A DNA stretch of 64,000 bases from an uncultured Pseudomonadota bacterium (GTDB lineage Bacteria > Oederibacteriota > Muellerivitia > Muellerivitales > Muellerivitaceae). The DNA lies in NCBI GenBank assembly GCA_963770835.1, contig CAVYRH010000008.1, forward strand, positions 160,001-224,000, in the 5' to 3' direction. The notes below the pieces were generated by a model that saw only the letters and a program-made list of their open reading frames with translations, was not told the DNA's origin and made no database searches. Below are positions 18,568 to 29,679 of the stretch, one piece after another. Positions within the stretch are counted from its first letter, which is position 1, and each line of letters starts with the position of its first letter. A program made the translations under genes and the position numbers.

Positions 18568-19407
18568 TTAAGGCTTTACGTACACCGAGGAGGCCACCGG
18601 CCTCAGGGGGTGCTTGATGGCCAGGAGGCTTTCGGCCAGGCCTGTGAAAAAATAGCCGCCCTTTCGCAAGGTCCCCGCCATGCGGTGGACCAGCGCCTGC
18701 TGGACGTCCTGCTCGAAATAGATCATGACGTTGCGGCAGAAGACCACGTCGAAGGGGTTGCGGAAGGGGAAGTTTCCCCCGTTCAGGTTGAACCGGTGGA
18801 ATTGGACCATTTCCCTCAGGGCCCCGCCTACGCGGTAGGCCCTTTCCGCCCCCTTGCCGCCCGCCTCGAAATATTTCTGGAGCAGGGACGGCGGCACCCC
18901 TTGCACCTTTTCATTTTCATAAATTCCCGTCACGGCCTTATGGATCATGCGGCTGGACAGGTCGGTGGCCAGGATCTTCACACGGACCTCCGTCCCCACC
19001 GAGGCTTCCCTAGCGCCCATGGCCAGGGTGTAGGCCTCCTCGCCGGAGGAGCAGGCCGCGCTCCAAATCCTCAGGGTCTTGTCCGCCCTTTGGGCGGCGC
19101 CTTGGAGGAGCTCCGGCAGGAACCTTTGGGCCAGGAGGACGAAATGCTTGTCTTCCCGGAAAAACTCGGTCTTGTTGGTGGTCACCACGTCCAGCATGCG
19201 GGCCAGCTCCTCCCCCGACTCGTCCGAAAGCACCAACTCGTAGTACTCCTTGAACGAGGTGAGGGAGAGGGCCCTCAGGCGTTTGGCTAGGCGGGCCCGC
19301 AGGAGTTCCGATTTCACCGTTCCCAAATGGATACCGCTGTGGCGGCGCACCATTTCAGAAAAGCGCTGGAAATCCGCGGGCTTTAGCTCTTGTGTCTGGC
19401 TTTCCAT
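18568..19407 (-). CDS. cheR: Chemotaxis methyltransferase CheR
   Basis: TTNKTEFFRE, RIWSAACSSGEE and FCRNVMIYF. Confidence 0.97.
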   Translation of the reverse strand: MESQTQELKPADFQRFSEMVRRHSGIHLGTVKSELLRARLAKRLRALSLTSFKEYYELVLSDESGEELARMLDVVTTNKTEFFREDKHFVLLAQRFLPELLQGAAQRADKTLRIWSAACSSGEEAYTLAMGAREASVGTEVRVKILATDLSSRMIHKAVTGIYENEKVQGVPPSLLQKYFEAGGKGAERAYRVGGALREMVQFHRFNLNGGNFPFRNPFDVVFCRNVMIYFEQDVQQALVHRMAGTLRKGGYFFTGLAESLLAIKHPLRPVASSVYVKP

Positions 19408-19434
19408 ATTCAAAACCTCCGACCAAACATTTTT

Positions 19435-19547
19435 CCACCACCAAGGTCACCAAGAGCACCAAGAACAACAAAGGCTTTATGTGTTTTCTTGCCTTGGACC
19501 CGGTTTAGGTTTTGCCTTTCTTGGTGAACTTGGTGCCCTTGGTGGTT
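19435..19547. repeat. CACCAAG/CTTGGTG REP-like inverted element
   Basis: CCACCAAGGTCACCAAGAGCACCAAGAA / TTCTTGGTGAACTTGGTGCCCTTGGTGG. Confidence 0.8.
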
Positions 19548-19557
19548 CATATTGTTT

Positions 19558-21174
19558 TTAGAAATCCCTTAGGTCTTCATGCCCCAGGGGAATGACTTCC
19601 TCGGGGGAGGACTTCGCGAAAGCATGGACCAGCGTTTTATGTGTGATTTTCTTCTTGTCGCGGCCGTTTCCCGAAGGCGCCGTTGAGGGCTTGAACGAAG
19701 CCGCTTGGAAAACCGCCGGCTTGGGGGCCGCCACGGGGGCCTGGAAAGTAAGCTTGGCCGCGTCCTGGTTGCCTTCCGGCAGGACCGCCAATTGCACCAC
19801 CATGTCCTTGAGGGTTTGGGCCTGGCTGGACATTTCCTCGCTGGAGGAGGCCAGTTCCTCGGCGTTGGAGGTGTTGCGCTGGGTGACCTTGTCCATCTGG
19901 GCCACGGCGATGTTGATTTCCTCGATGCCCTTCGATTGTTCCTGGCTGGCCGCGGCGATCTCGCCCACCAGGTCGGAGACCTTCTTGGCCCTGTCCACGA
20001 TCTCGGAGAGGGTCTTGCCCGCTTCCTCGCTGACGCGCACGCCCTGGCCCACGCGCTTGGCGTTTTCCTCGATGAGGGCGGCCGTATCCTTGGCCGCTGT
20101 GGCGCTGCGGTGCGCCAAATTGCGCACCTCCTCGGCCACCACCGCGAAGCCCTTGCCGTGTTCCCCGGCCCGGGCCGCCTCAACGGCGGCGTTCAAGGCC
20201 AGCAGGTTGGTCTGGAAGGCGATCTCCTCGATGGTCTTGATGATCTTGGAGATCTTTTCCGCGCTTTCGTTGGTCTCGATCATGGACTTGACCGTCTCCC
20301 CGACGGCCTGGTTGCCTTGCAGCACCATGGCGCGGGTGTCTTCGACAAGTTTGGAGGCGCGAAGGGCGTTTTCCGCGTTCTGCCGGGTCATGGAGGCCAT
20401 TTCCTCGAGCGAGGAGCTGGTTTCCTCCAGGCTGGAGGCCGATTCCCCCGCTCCCTCGGCCAATTGCTGGCTTGCGGAGGAGGTCATGGAGGAAGCCGAG
20501 GCCACTTGGTTGGCGCTTTCAATGAGTCCGCGCGTGAGGGCCCTTAAGGTTCGGGCCACCCCCAGGGAAATCATGAGGTTCAGGAAAATACCGCCCAGCA
20601 CGAGGAGCACCAGCAGGACCCCGATTAGCCGCCCGTTGGCGATTTGGTCGATGACCGCCGTCTGGGAATCCTGGACCTTCTTGTTCAAGAGGGCTACATA
20701 GCCCTGGCTGGCGTTGTCGAAATCGATGGTGATGTCTTTCAGGTAGGAGGTGTAAAGTTCCAGCGAAGCGGTTTTTTCAATCGGCTGCTGGACGAGGGCG
20801 GTCAACTTGGTGGCGACACCGTCCAGCTGTTCCCCCAGTTTCCTCAGGAAGTCCTGCTCGTCGGCATCGGTCTCCACTGTTTGTAAGTCCTGGTAAGCGT
20901 CCTGCGCCTTTTTCAGGTAGACCATGGTGACGTCCTTATGGTGCTGGTCCTTGACGATGGCCACGTCCTTGCCCTTGGAAACCGCCAATTGGAAATTGTT
21001 GTCCAGCTCCTGGGCCAGGCGCACGGCCGTGCTGGCCTTGACCACTTGTTCCAGGCCCTTTCCCGCCGAGTGCAACAGCGCCAGGAATTGGATAAAAAAG
21101 AAGACCATCAGCGCTGCCACCAAAATCGACGACCCCACCAGCTTGGTATCCAGCTTCATTCGGTTAAAACCCAT
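19558..21174 (-). CDS. Methyl-accepting chemotaxis protein with helical periplasmic sensor and C-terminal pentapeptide-like tail
   Basis: Two TM helices; [30 protein letters not shown]; ends DLRDF. Confidence 0.96.
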   Translation of the reverse strand: MGFNRMKLDTKLVGSSILVAALMVFFFIQFLALLHSAGKGLEQVVKASTAVRLAQELDNNFQLAVSKGKDVAIVKDQHHKDVTMVYLKKAQDAYQDLQTVETDADEQDFLRKLGEQLDGVATKLTALVQQPIEKTASLELYTSYLKDITIDFDNASQGYVALLNKKVQDSQTAVIDQIANGRLIGVLLVLLVLGGIFLNLMISLGVARTLRALTRGLIESANQVASASSMTSSASQQLAEGAGESASSLEETSSSLEEMASMTRQNAENALRASKLVEDTRAMVLQGNQAVGETVKSMIETNESAEKISKIIKTIEEIAFQTNLLALNAAVEAARAGEHGKGFAVVAEEVRNLAHRSATAAKDTAALIEENAKRVGQGVRVSEEAGKTLSEIVDRAKKVSDLVGEIAAASQEQSKGIEEINIAVAQMDKVTQRNTSNAEELASSSEEMSSQAQTLKDMVVQLAVLPEGNQDAAKLTFQAPVAAPKPAVFQAASFKPSTAPSGNGRDKKKITHKTLVHAFAKSSPEEVIPLGHEDLRDF

Positions 21175-21176
21175 GA

Positions 21177-21704
21177 CTATCCCTCCTTTGTTTCGGTGGA
21201 CGCCTGGGCATCCCCTGTGAGTTGCTCGAGCTTCTTGAGTTCTTGAAGGTCCTGCTCCTGCATGACCTTGTCCATGTCCAAAAGGACGATGACCCGTCCC
21301 TTGGTCTTGGAAAGGCCCGTCACGAAATCCAGCTTCATGTCCTCGCCCAGGGCGGGCACCGGTTCCACGTCCGAGGCCGCGATTTGGACCACCTCGCTGA
21401 CCCCGTCCACCAAAAGGCCGGTCAGGACCTGCCCTTCCTTGCCCTCCACCATGGTGGTGATGATGCAGGTTTCCCGGGTAGCCGCGGATTCGGGAAGGGA
21501 GAATTTCCGGCGCATGTCCACCACGGGAATGATCTTTCCACGTAGGTTGACCACGCCCCGTATGTGCAGGGCGGTCAAGGGAACGGGCGTGATTTCCATC
21601 ATGGCCACGATTTCACGCACCCTCAGGATCTCGATGCCGTATTCCTCGCGGCCCAATCGGAAGGTGAGGTACTTGCCTTCCGTTTTTTTCAAGGTTGCTT
21701 CCAT
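21177..21704 (-). CDS. cheW: CheW coupling protein
   Basis: [29 protein letters not shown] and [10 protein letters not shown]. Confidence 0.96.
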   Translation of the reverse strand: MEATLKKTEGKYLTFRLGREEYGIEILRVREIVAMMEITPVPLTALHIRGVVNLRGKIIPVVDMRRKFSLPESAATRETCIITTMVEGKEGQVLTGLLVDGVSEVVQIAASDVEPVPALGEDMKLDFVTGLSKTKGRVIVLLDMDKVMQEQDLQELKKLEQLTGDAQASTETKEG

Positions 21705-21753
21705 TGTTCGCTCCTTATTGAGTTCCGGCCTCGACACCGGTTTTCCGCTTCAT

Positions 21754-21842
21754 CACCCCTCACTCTTCCCTCTCACGCAAGGGGCGAGTGTTTTTTTTGG
21801 TTTTCCCCCTCTCCCTTGACGGGAGAGGGCGGGGTGAGGGTG
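21754..21842. repeat. REP-like palindromic element (same family as 342-423)
   Basis: Shares CCCTCTCCCTTGA.GGGAGAGGGCGGGGTGAGGGTG. Confidence 0.8.
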
Positions 21843-21914
21843 AAAAAAAGTTCATCTATACAAACCGAGGCATTACCCATCTTTCTCTCAAAGCCGTTCG
21901 CCCTTCCTTCTAAA

Positions 21915-21929
21915 GCAATCGAGGTGCCA
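21915..21929 (-). promoter_or_regulatory. sigma54 promoter for cheW-MCP-cheR..cheB; enhancer at 21993-22027
   Basis: TGGCAC-CTCGA-TTGC; palindrome TGCCCAATATTTGGGCA upstream. Confidence 0.85.
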
Positions 21930-22054
21930 AGTTTGTCACCCTTAAAAAGCTTGAAAAATAAGGCTTCTAGGATTTTGCCATCTTCCTTTCACTGCGCAAC
22001 TTCTTGGCAATGCCCAATATTTGGGCAGTAGAAAAATCCGGTGCGTCTGAGTTT

Positions 22055-22178
22055 GTCATTGCGAGGAGGTACTGTTTTATTTGGTGCCGACACGGCAATC
22101 CTAACCAATCAACAAACTACAGTTTTTTGATCGTTTCGGATTGCCTCCTCGGTCAAAAATCGACCTCCTCTCAATGAC
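22055..22178. repeat. GTCATTGCGAG-type MITE/REP doublet
   Basis: GTCATTGCGAGGAG..GGCAATCC / GGATTGCC..CTCCTCTCAATGAC inverted ends. Confidence 0.75.
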
Positions 22179-22422
22179 GACCAAATTCAAATTGAGCTGC
22201 CACTGGAAAATTCAGGAAATCGGGAAGGCGGGGTGCGGTTTCCGGCGGGCTTAGGAATTCTTTTGCTTCCCGTTCATCCGGTCGAGGAGTTCCTGGGAGG
22301 AAATCTTCGATCCCGAGGCGGAAAAAATAATTCCGGGTTGCCTTAACTTTTCGTCCCGGGGAGGGGTTGGGGAAGCGGGTTTTCCCTCCTCCGGGGCTTG
22401 CCCGGGAATGCCCTTCCCTTCC

Positions 22423-23859
22423 TCAGGCATGGGCCTTGGCCAGGGACGGGGCGGTTTTGATCGGGGCCCTCTTCGACGTGGGGCTCCCGGGGAAGGAAGC
22501 CACCCCTTGTGTTTTCGCCCCCTCCAACACGCCGGTCAGCTTGCCCACCATTTCGCGGACGGAAGAGGCTTGGGAGGCCAATTCCACGCTGGACGAGGAC
22601 AATTCCTCGGCGTTGGCGCTGTTGCGCTGGGTGACCTTGTCCATCTGGGCCACGGCGATGTTGACCTCGCCGATGCCCTTGGATTGCTCCTGGCTGGCGG
22701 CGGCGATCCCCAGCACCAGCTCCGAAACCTTGGCGGCCTGGGCAACGATCTCCGACAGGGCCTTCCCGGCCTTCTCGCTGACCGCCACGCCCGCGGTGAC
22801 CCTTTGGGCGTTTTCCTCGATGAGGGCCGCCGAATCCTTGGCGGCCTGCGCGCTGCGCTGGGCCAGGCTGCGCACTTCCTCGGCCACTACGGCGAAACCC
22901 CGCCCGTGTTCCCCGGCCCGGGCCGCCTCCACGGCGGCGTTCAGGGCCAGCAGGTTGGTCTGGAAGGCGATCTCCTCGATGGTTTTGATGATTTTCGTCA
23001 CCTTTTCCGAACTCTCCTTGGTCTGCCGCATGGACTTCACGGTGCCTTCGACGGCCTGGTCCCCCTGGAGGATGAGCTCCCGGGAGTCCCTCATGAACTG
23101 GGCGGCCTGCCCTGCGTTGTCGGCGTTTTGTCGGGTCATGGAGGCGATTTCCTCCAGCGAGGAACTGGTCTCTTCCAGGACGCTGGCAGACTCGGAGGCC
23201 CCCTCGGACATCTGCTGGCTGGCGGTTGAGATTTGGGAGGAACTGGAGGCCATCCTCTCGGCGCTCCCGCTTAAGGATTCGATGATTTCTTTCAGAGGCC
23301 CCGAAACCTGCTTTTCCAGCGCGAAAGCCACCAGAAAGGAGACGGCCAGCGAAAGCAACAGGACAATGGCCATGACGCCGGTGTAGCCGGCCATCTTGGC
23401 GTTCATTTCCTTCATGTCCGATTCCAGGTAGATCGTCCCCTTGAGGTCCTCGCCCATCCGGATCTCATGGAAAAGCGAAACCTTGCCGTCGGCAACCTCG
23501 AACCCGTCCCTCTGGACGGACGGAAACCCGCCCGCGCCCGCCGAGCCCGGCCGGAATTGGGCGAAAAGGTCCCCCTTGGCGTCGTAAAAGCAGGCGCCCA
23601 GGATGTGGGGATTGGCCTTCAAGGTCTGCAGGATGTTCTCCGCCGTGTTGGCGTCGCTGAAGGTCAGCGCCGCCGTGGCGTTTTCCCCCAGGACCTGGGC
23701 CAGGTTGGAGAGGTTCGCCGCCATGATTTTGGGGAAGGTGGCTTTTTCGTTGGAAACCAGGATCAAGGCCGCCAGGATGAGCGAGAGGGCCGTGGAAACC
23801 ACGGCGATCCCCATGATCTTGGTCCTGAGGGAAATCCCCTTCAAAGTCGTTCCGTTCAT
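22423..23859 (-). CDS. MCP with CHASE8-like (YfiN-type) periplasmic domain
   Basis: [35 protein letters not shown] sensor followed by the MCP signalling motif. Confidence 0.92.
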   Translation of the reverse strand: MNGTTLKGISLRTKIMGIAVVSTALSLILAALILVSNEKATFPKIMAANLSNLAQVLGENATAALTFSDANTAENILQTLKANPHILGACFYDAKGDLFAQFRPGSAGAGGFPSVQRDGFEVADGKVSLFHEIRMGEDLKGTIYLESDMKEMNAKMAGYTGVMAIVLLLSLAVSFLVAFALEKQVSGPLKEIIESLSGSAERMASSSSQISTASQQMSEGASESASVLEETSSSLEEIASMTRQNADNAGQAAQFMRDSRELILQGDQAVEGTVKSMRQTKESSEKVTKIIKTIEEIAFQTNLLALNAAVEAARAGEHGRGFAVVAEEVRSLAQRSAQAAKDSAALIEENAQRVTAGVAVSEKAGKALSEIVAQAAKVSELVLGIAAASQEQSKGIGEVNIAVAQMDKVTQRNSANAEELSSSSVELASQASSVREMVGKLTGVLEGAKTQGVASFPGSPTSKRAPIKTAPSLAKAHA

Positions 23860-23860
23860 G

Positions 23861-24424
23861 TTATTCCTCCGCCTGGTAAAGCTTGGCGACCTGTAAAAGC
23901 TGGGAGCTGATGGAAAGTCCCGCCTTCTTGGCCGCGGATTCGTTGAGTGTCAGGGTGATCTTCTGCCCTTCCTGGTCGAACTGGATCACGCCCCCCTTCA
24001 CGGGGAACTGGTCGATCTCGGAAACCGTCAGGACGGAGGCCCCCTTTAGGGCTTTTAGGATTTCCCCCACCTGGTCCTTCTCCGAATAAGAGATGAAGAG
24101 CACCTGGCACTTGGCCAGCTTGGACCCCATCCCCGCGCTGAAGTCCCCCAGGCGCTTCACCTGCAGGGTGTGGCCCCCGGCGGTCTTTCCCTGCACCGCG
24201 CCGTCCAAGGCCGCCCCGAAGGGGTCGTCGCCCAGGATGCCGATGACCAGGGGGCTGCCGTCGTCCAGCGCCCCCTGGGGCCAATGGACGAACTGGGTGA
24301 AGTTGTAGAGATAGGCGGCTTTGACCCCGTACTCGGAGACTTCCCCCGCCGCCGGTTTGGGCCCGGCGGCCAGGAGAAGAAGCCCTAAGGAGAGGAAGAG
24401 AGTTTTGAATGCTTGATTTTTCAT
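23861..24424 (-). CDS. yfiR: YfiR-family (DUF4154) periplasmic protein
   Basis: [30 protein letters not shown] and ISSQLLQVA. Confidence 0.93.
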   Translation of the reverse strand: MKNQAFKTLFLSLGLLLLAAGPKPAAGEVSEYGVKAAYLYNFTQFVHWPQGALDDGSPLVIGILGDDPFGAALDGAVQGKTAGGHTLQVKRLGDFSAGMGSKLAKCQVLFISYSEKDQVGEILKALKGASVLTVSEIDQFPVKGGVIQFDQEGQKITLTLNESAAKKAGLSISSQLLQVAKLYQAEE

Positions 24425-24448
24425 GTGTTTTTTCCTTTCTCGCGGCGG

Positions 24449-26597
24449 TTAATAACGGACCGTGACTTGGCCGTAAACGCTTGGCACGATCTCAGTGGGA
24501 GAAATGCCGTAGGACTGAAGGGTTTCCGTGTGGGCCCCTTCCAGGTCCATGCCCCAGAAGGCCACTTCCAGGTTGTCGGTGGCCTTGAAGTCCGCCCCCA
24601 GGTCCCAACGGACATAGTCGGGGGTGATGGAATTGCCCGAGTTGGCGTCGTAAAGGAAGGTGGCATCGGTGTAATAAATGTTGTTGTTGAGCTCCAGCCC
24701 CTTGACCGGCTCATAGGTCAGGCGGCAGTTGATCAAATTGTGCGGCGGCGGCGCGCCCAAGTTGACGCTGGAGGCGTTGATCATGGCCTGGTCGTAGCTT
24801 TGGTAGGTATAGCCCAAGGCCGCGTGGAAGCAGGAAGCCGGTTCCCACTTGATGCTGGTTTCCACGCCATAGATGTCGCCTGAACCGCCGTTAACCTCTT
24901 GGTAGGCTGGCATGACGCTGGTGTCGATGATGCCCCCCGCCGGGGAGGCGAAAACCCCATTGACGCCAGGGATGGCGATGAGCTGGTCGTAGTGATTGTA
25001 GAAAGTGGCGATATCCAGCGTACTGTCCTTGGTGGGGCTGGTCCGGAAGCCCAGTTCGTAAGAGACCAGGGTCTCCGACTTCAGGTTGGGGTTCGGCACC
25101 AGCCCGGAGTAATAGGCGGGCGTTCCAGGCCCCATCGTGCCCGCGGGCAACCCGTAAAAGTACAGGTAACCGGTGTCCGCCAGCTGGTTGGGAGTGCGCA
25201 CGGCCCGGGACACGGCGGCCCAAAGGCTGCTGTTGTCATCCGGCAGGAAGAGCAGGCGCCCGGAAGGCTGCAGTTCATTGCCCGTGTAGGGGTTGTTCTC
25301 CAGTTTGGCCCCGCCGGTCAGGTAAAGGCGGCCTATCCACCAGGGTCAGTTTGTCCTGTAGGAAACCCGAGTAGATGTTCTGGTTCTGGGGCGTGTAATA
25401 CCAGTCGATCTGGTTGAAGAACTGGTCGGCGATGTTGCGCCAACTCCCTCCCCAGGTGATTTCGTTGACCGAAGCCAGGTGGAAGCGGTGCTGGAACTCG
25501 ACGTCCAGCTGCCCCACGTTGGAGATGCGGCTGTCGCCGGTGGTGGTCAGGTTGTTGTAGTCGTAATAGGCGAAGGCTTGGATCTGGGAATCATCCTCGA
25601 AATCCCTCGTCCAGCGGCCCAGGATGTGGGCATTTTGCTCCACATCGGTATTGATATCCGTGAAGAACTGGAAGTTCTGGGCGTCGAAGAAGTTGTCGGC
25701 AGCGGTGTTGAGCTGGGCGTAGTTGAAATAGCCCTTTTGGCCCTCGCCTTCCAAGGTCCATTGGTCCGCTCCGTCGTGGAGGTCGGCCCGGAACCCGGCC
25801 CTGAAGTCGTACCACTCGTCGTTCCAGGTGCTTCCCAGGATGGTCTCCCCTTCCCCCGTGCCCGGGTTCAAGGAAGGGTTCTGGTTGTTCACCTGCCCGT
25901 AAACCCGGTAGTAAAGGTCATCGCCGGCCTTGCCGCCGTAGCGGAAGGCGCTTCCACCGTTCAGGGCGCTGGTGCCGCTGACCCCCGAGGGATAAAGATT
26001 GGTCCCCCCATTGGCCGAAAGGTAGAGGCCCTGGGTCTGCTTGGCGTCCTTGGTGATGATGTTCACGATGCCGTTGACCGCGTTGGAACCCCAAAGGGTG
26101 CCGCCCGGCCCCCGGATGACCTCGATATGGTCGATGTCCTCCAGCATTACATCCTGCTGGTTCCAGTTGACGCCCCCCAGGATGGGGTCATAAACGCTGC
26201 GCCCGTCGACGAGCACCAGCATCTTATCGTTGTAGTTCGCGTTGAACCCACGGGCGCTGATGGCCCATTGGTTGGCGGACTGGCGGGCCACTTGCACGCC
26301 CGGCACCATGGCCAAAAGGTCGGCCACGGTCTTGGCCCCGCTGCGCCGGATATCGTCGGCCGTGATGACGAAAATGGCCGAGGTGGCTTCCCGCAGGGAC
26401 TCCGCCTTTTTGGAGGAGGAAGTCACCACCACGTTCAGGCCGGCCAGGTCGGCCAGGCTGACCGAGGTCAGGTCGTTCGCAGTCTTCCCAACTTGGTTTT
26501 CATCCGCGATCGCCGGGAAAAATCCTCCCGACAGCAGGATGACCGACAAGGCCGCTAGGGCCTTGAGAACTTTTAAACTTCTTTCAAAAAACTTCAT
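24449..26597 (-). CDS. TonB-dependent receptor; one +1 frameshift near 25334
   Basis: Plug motifs (AIFVITADDIRRSG, VLVDGRS, IEVIRGPGGTLWGSNAVNG); the barrel continues in another frame as RLYLTGGAKLE..WAAVSRAVRTP..VTVRY. Confidence 0.88.
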
Positions 26598-27087
26598 GAC
26601 TTCCTCCAAAGATTGAATTGAACTTCCCGGCTTCCACTTCCACGGCCAGCCCGTCCACGTCCAACAAAAAGACCTGTCGGCCCTGGAATCGAACCGGCCC
26701 CTGGAGGAATCCCTCCATGACGCTTTCTTCCGCCCCCGGATCGTCCCCGGTATCCTTTTTCCGGATTTCGATGATTTCCCGGACTCCATCCACCAAGAAC
26801 CCCATCAAAAAGGGCCCGTCCCAACCTTGGGCCATAACGGTGACGATGCATTGGTCCGAAGGCCGTCCGGCCTTTCCCTGGCCCAAGCGCCGCCTCAAAT
26901 TCACGACCGGCACGGTCTTGCTCCGGAGTTTGAGGACCGAGTCTTCAGCGGCCTCCCCCCGGGACAAGGAATCCACCAAGGGGGACCCGAGGATTTCCCG
27001 GACCTTCTGGATTTCCACCGCGTATTCCGTGCGGCCGATGAAAAAAGCGAGGAACCTTCCTTCAATATTTCCAATCATGGTTTTCAT
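26584..27087 (-). CDS. cheW: CheW-like protein
   Basis: FLAFFIG..YAVEIQKVREI, VPVVNLR and GFLVDGVREI. Confidence 0.88.
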   Translation of the reverse strand: MKTMIGNIEGRFLAFFIGRTEYAVEIQKVREILGSPLVDSLSRGEAAEDSVLKLRSKTVPVVNLRRRLGQGKAGRPSDQCIVTVMAQGWDGPFLMGFLVDGVREIIEIRKKDTGDDPGAEESVMEGFLQGPVRFQGRQVFLLDVDGLAVEVEAGKFNSIFGGSHEVF

Positions 27088-27099
27088 CGTTTCTTTCCC

Positions 27100-27654
27100 C
27101 TACCTTTCCGGCAGGACCGTGGCGACTAGGACGCCGACGGTTTTCGACCCATCCACGACGGGGAAGGCGATCTCGACCGTTTGCGAGGAGCCCATCGGAA
27201 AGGGCTGGTTCACGTAAACCTGGCCGGCGCCGTGGTTGAAGCAATTGGCGAAACAAGGATCTTCATCCTGGAGGAAATCATGGGGTTTGAAGATCGTCCC
27301 CACGACCCGGCCCTGGGCGTCCAGGGTGAAGCAATCCACCAGCGATATTTCCTTGATGAAACCGGCCCACAAGGACTGGCTGGAGGGCTTCTTCCGGTAG
27401 GCTTCGACAAGGTCGGAAAGCTCCGTGCTGCGGACCCACTGCTCCTGGATTTCCTGGACCTTGGCCCCATCGGTCAACCGGCGGTTCTGGTCCTCGATGT
27501 CGGCCACCACGTCCTTCTCCTGGGCCAACTGCTGGATCAGCGCGAAAGTTTGCCTGGAGATCGACAACCCCTGGACCGCGGGTCCTTCGGCCATCGCCCC
27601 CCCTTTTCCCAGCAAAAACATTGTCAAAATCAGTGGTAAAGCCGCCTTCTTCAT
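27100..27654 (-). CDS. Stand-alone secreted Cache/PDC-like sensor protein
   Basis: Signal peptide; FTLDAQGRVVG..GQVYV..IAFPVVDGSKTVGVL. Confidence 0.7.
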   Translation of the reverse strand: MKKAALPLILTMFLLGKGGAMAEGPAVQGLSISRQTFALIQQLAQEKDVVADIEDQNRRLTDGAKVQEIQEQWVRSTELSDLVEAYRKKPSSQSLWAGFIKEISLVDCFTLDAQGRVVGTIFKPHDFLQDEDPCFANCFNHGAGQVYVNQPFPMGSSQTVEIAFPVVDGSKTVGVLVATVLPER

Positions 27655-27672
27655 GCCATTTCTCCTTAAAAT

Positions 27673-29679
27673 TTAATTTCCGGCGGTGAGGGCCGGGCTG
27701 ACCTGGCCCCCTTGGACAAGGGCGTTTAAGTCGAGGATGAATCCCACTTGTCCGTCGCCCAGGATGGCGCCGCCCGCCACGCCCGGGAGTCCCTGGAGGT
27801 GCTCCCCCAGGCCCTTCACCACCACCTGCTGCTTGCCCACTACCTCGTCCACGACCAGGCAGGCTTCCCTGTCCCCCACTTGCACATGCACCACCACGGC
27901 TTGGTTTCCCTTGGCTGCGGCGCACCCGAACCACTCGGAGAGCTCCACCACCGGGATATGCCCGAAGGCGGTGGTGAGCCATCCCCGGGACCCGGAGACC
28001 TGGTGGCTTTCCGTTTCTTTCAAGGCCAGAAACTGGCGGACATGGAAGGACGGAAGGATGTAACGGGAGGAACCGACCCGCACCACGATGCCGTCGATGA
28101 GGGCCATGGTGAGGGGGATGCGGAAGATAAAGGCGGTTCCCTGTCCCTCATGGCTTTCCACTTGGATGGAACCCTTGAGGGCCAATATTTTGCGTTTGAC
28201 GGCGTCCAGCCCCACGCCCCGGCCCGAGACTTCGGTGACCTTGTCGGCGGTGGAAAACCCCGGCAGGAAAATGAGTTCGGTCAGGCGTTCGCGGGAAACC
28301 TCACCTTGGTTGAGGAAGCCCAGGGCGGTTCCTTTTTGGCGGAGTTTTTCGTAGGAAAGCCCCGCCCCGTCATCCTCCACCCGCAGGACGAAATCTCCGC
28401 CCTGGTGCCCGGCTTTCAAGGCTAAGCATGCCTCGGCGGGTTTTCCGGCCTTGGCCCGGCCCTCGGGGGTCTCGATGCCGTGGTCGACGGCGTTTCGAAG
28501 GAGATGGACGAGCGGGTCCACGAGTTCCTCGGTCATGCGCTTGTCCAACTCGGTCTCGCCGCCCTCCAGTTCCATCCTCAAAGGTTTGCCGGTCTTTTGG
28601 GAAAGGTCACGGGCCAGGCGGGACATGCGGTGGAAGAGGGGTTGGACCGGAACCATGCGAAGGGAAAGAACGATCTCCTGGAGCTGGCGCGAGATCTTGC
28701 CCAATCGGGAGGACTCGGCCGACAAGTGCCCCAGCACGCCCGCAGCCGCGATGCCTTCGGTGACCTGGGATTGGCAGATGGCCAATTCCCCCACCGTTTC
28801 CAGGAGCTGGTCCATTTTTTCCACGGCGATCCGGAGGAAATGGTCGGCCTGGCCTTGGGCTTCTTCCGTGGGGGAAGCCCCCGGGGTCTTGTGATCGCCG
28901 GTGCGGGCAAGGTTTGTTTTGTTTTCTTTTCCCGATAACTTGGCCACCAGGGCTTCCACGTCCACCAGGGGAAATTGGCCCGCCGAAAGCCCGGCGACGA
29001 TGAGCCCAATCTGCTTTTTCACCAGGTCACCCGATTCCAGGAGGAGGTCGATTTCTTTTTCGGTGGGTTTGCCCTCGCCGTTTTTATAGGCTTCCAGGAT
29101 GGCTTCCGCCTGGTGGGCCAGGTGGGCCAGGCCGGAGAGGCCCATGAAGCCGCAAATGCCCTTCAGGGTGTGGAAAGGCCGGTAAACTTTAAGGGGGTCC
29201 CAGGTTTCGCCCTGGATTAAGGACAAAAGGCCCGATTCGATGGCCTGCAGATGCTCCGGCGCCTCGGCCACGAAATCCTGGAATCCGCTCAGATCATCGG
29301 ACAGGATGGTGAAAAGGCCGTTTTCGGAGGCTGTTTTTAAGGGGGTTTGGTTGGTTTCAACGCCGTTCCCGGGTGCGGCTTCCTCGGCCAGGATCCTTCC
29401 CATGTGATGCACAGCCTCCGCCATGGCTTGGGAAAGCCTTTGGCATACTTGTTCCACAGGGCGGCCCGACTGGAGGCCTTGGAGGACTTGACGGGCCTGC
29501 GCGCCCAGCAGGCCCGTTGGATAGGACGGGAGACCGGCGGTGGCGGACAGCCAGGAGGAGAAGTCACCGGCCAAAGCCAGGACTTCCTCCCGGTTGTCCT
29601 CTCCGCAAAGGGCCATTCGGGCGCCCAATTGGGAGAGTTGCCGGTCCAGCTCTGTTGAATTCAAGCGGTCCTCACTCAT
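27673..29679 (-). CDS. cheA: Chemotaxis histidine kinase CheA
   Basis: Hpt FHTLKG, HLLRNAVDHGIE, DDGAG, GFST..SGRGVG and a CheW-like P5 domain. Confidence 0.97.
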   Translation of the reverse strand: MSEDRLNSTELDRQLSQLGARMALCGEDNREEVLALAGDFSSWLSATAGLPSYPTGLLGAQARQVLQGLQSGRPVEQVCQRLSQAMAEAVHHMGRILAEEAAPGNGVETNQTPLKTASENGLFTILSDDLSGFQDFVAEAPEHLQAIESGLLSLIQGETWDPLKVYRPFHTLKGICGFMGLSGLAHLAHQAEAILEAYKNGEGKPTEKEIDLLLESGDLVKKQIGLIVAGLSAGQFPLVDVEALVAKLSGKENKTNLARTGDHKTPGASPTEEAQGQADHFLRIAVEKMDQLLETVGELAICQSQVTEGIAAAGVLGHLSAESSRLGKISRQLQEIVLSLRMVPVQPLFHRMSRLARDLSQKTGKPLRMELEGGETELDKRMTEELVDPLVHLLRNAVDHGIETPEGRAKAGKPAEACLALKAGHQGGDFVLRVEDDGAGLSYEKLRQKGTALGFLNQGEVSRERLTELIFLPGFSTADKVTEVSGRGVGLDAVKRKILALKGSIQVESHEGQGTAFIFRIPLTMALIDGIVVRVGSSRYILPSFHVRQFLALKETESHQVSGSRGWLTTAFGHIPVVELSEWFGCAAAKGNQAVVVHVQVGDREACLVVDEVVGKQQVVVKGLGEHLQGLPGVAGGAILGDGQVGFILDLNALVQGGQVSPALTAGN

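Noticed and set aside
17440..20701. Long + strand ORFs (17440-19290, 19592-20701)
   Set aside because: Antisense shadows of cheR, the REC protein and the MCP.
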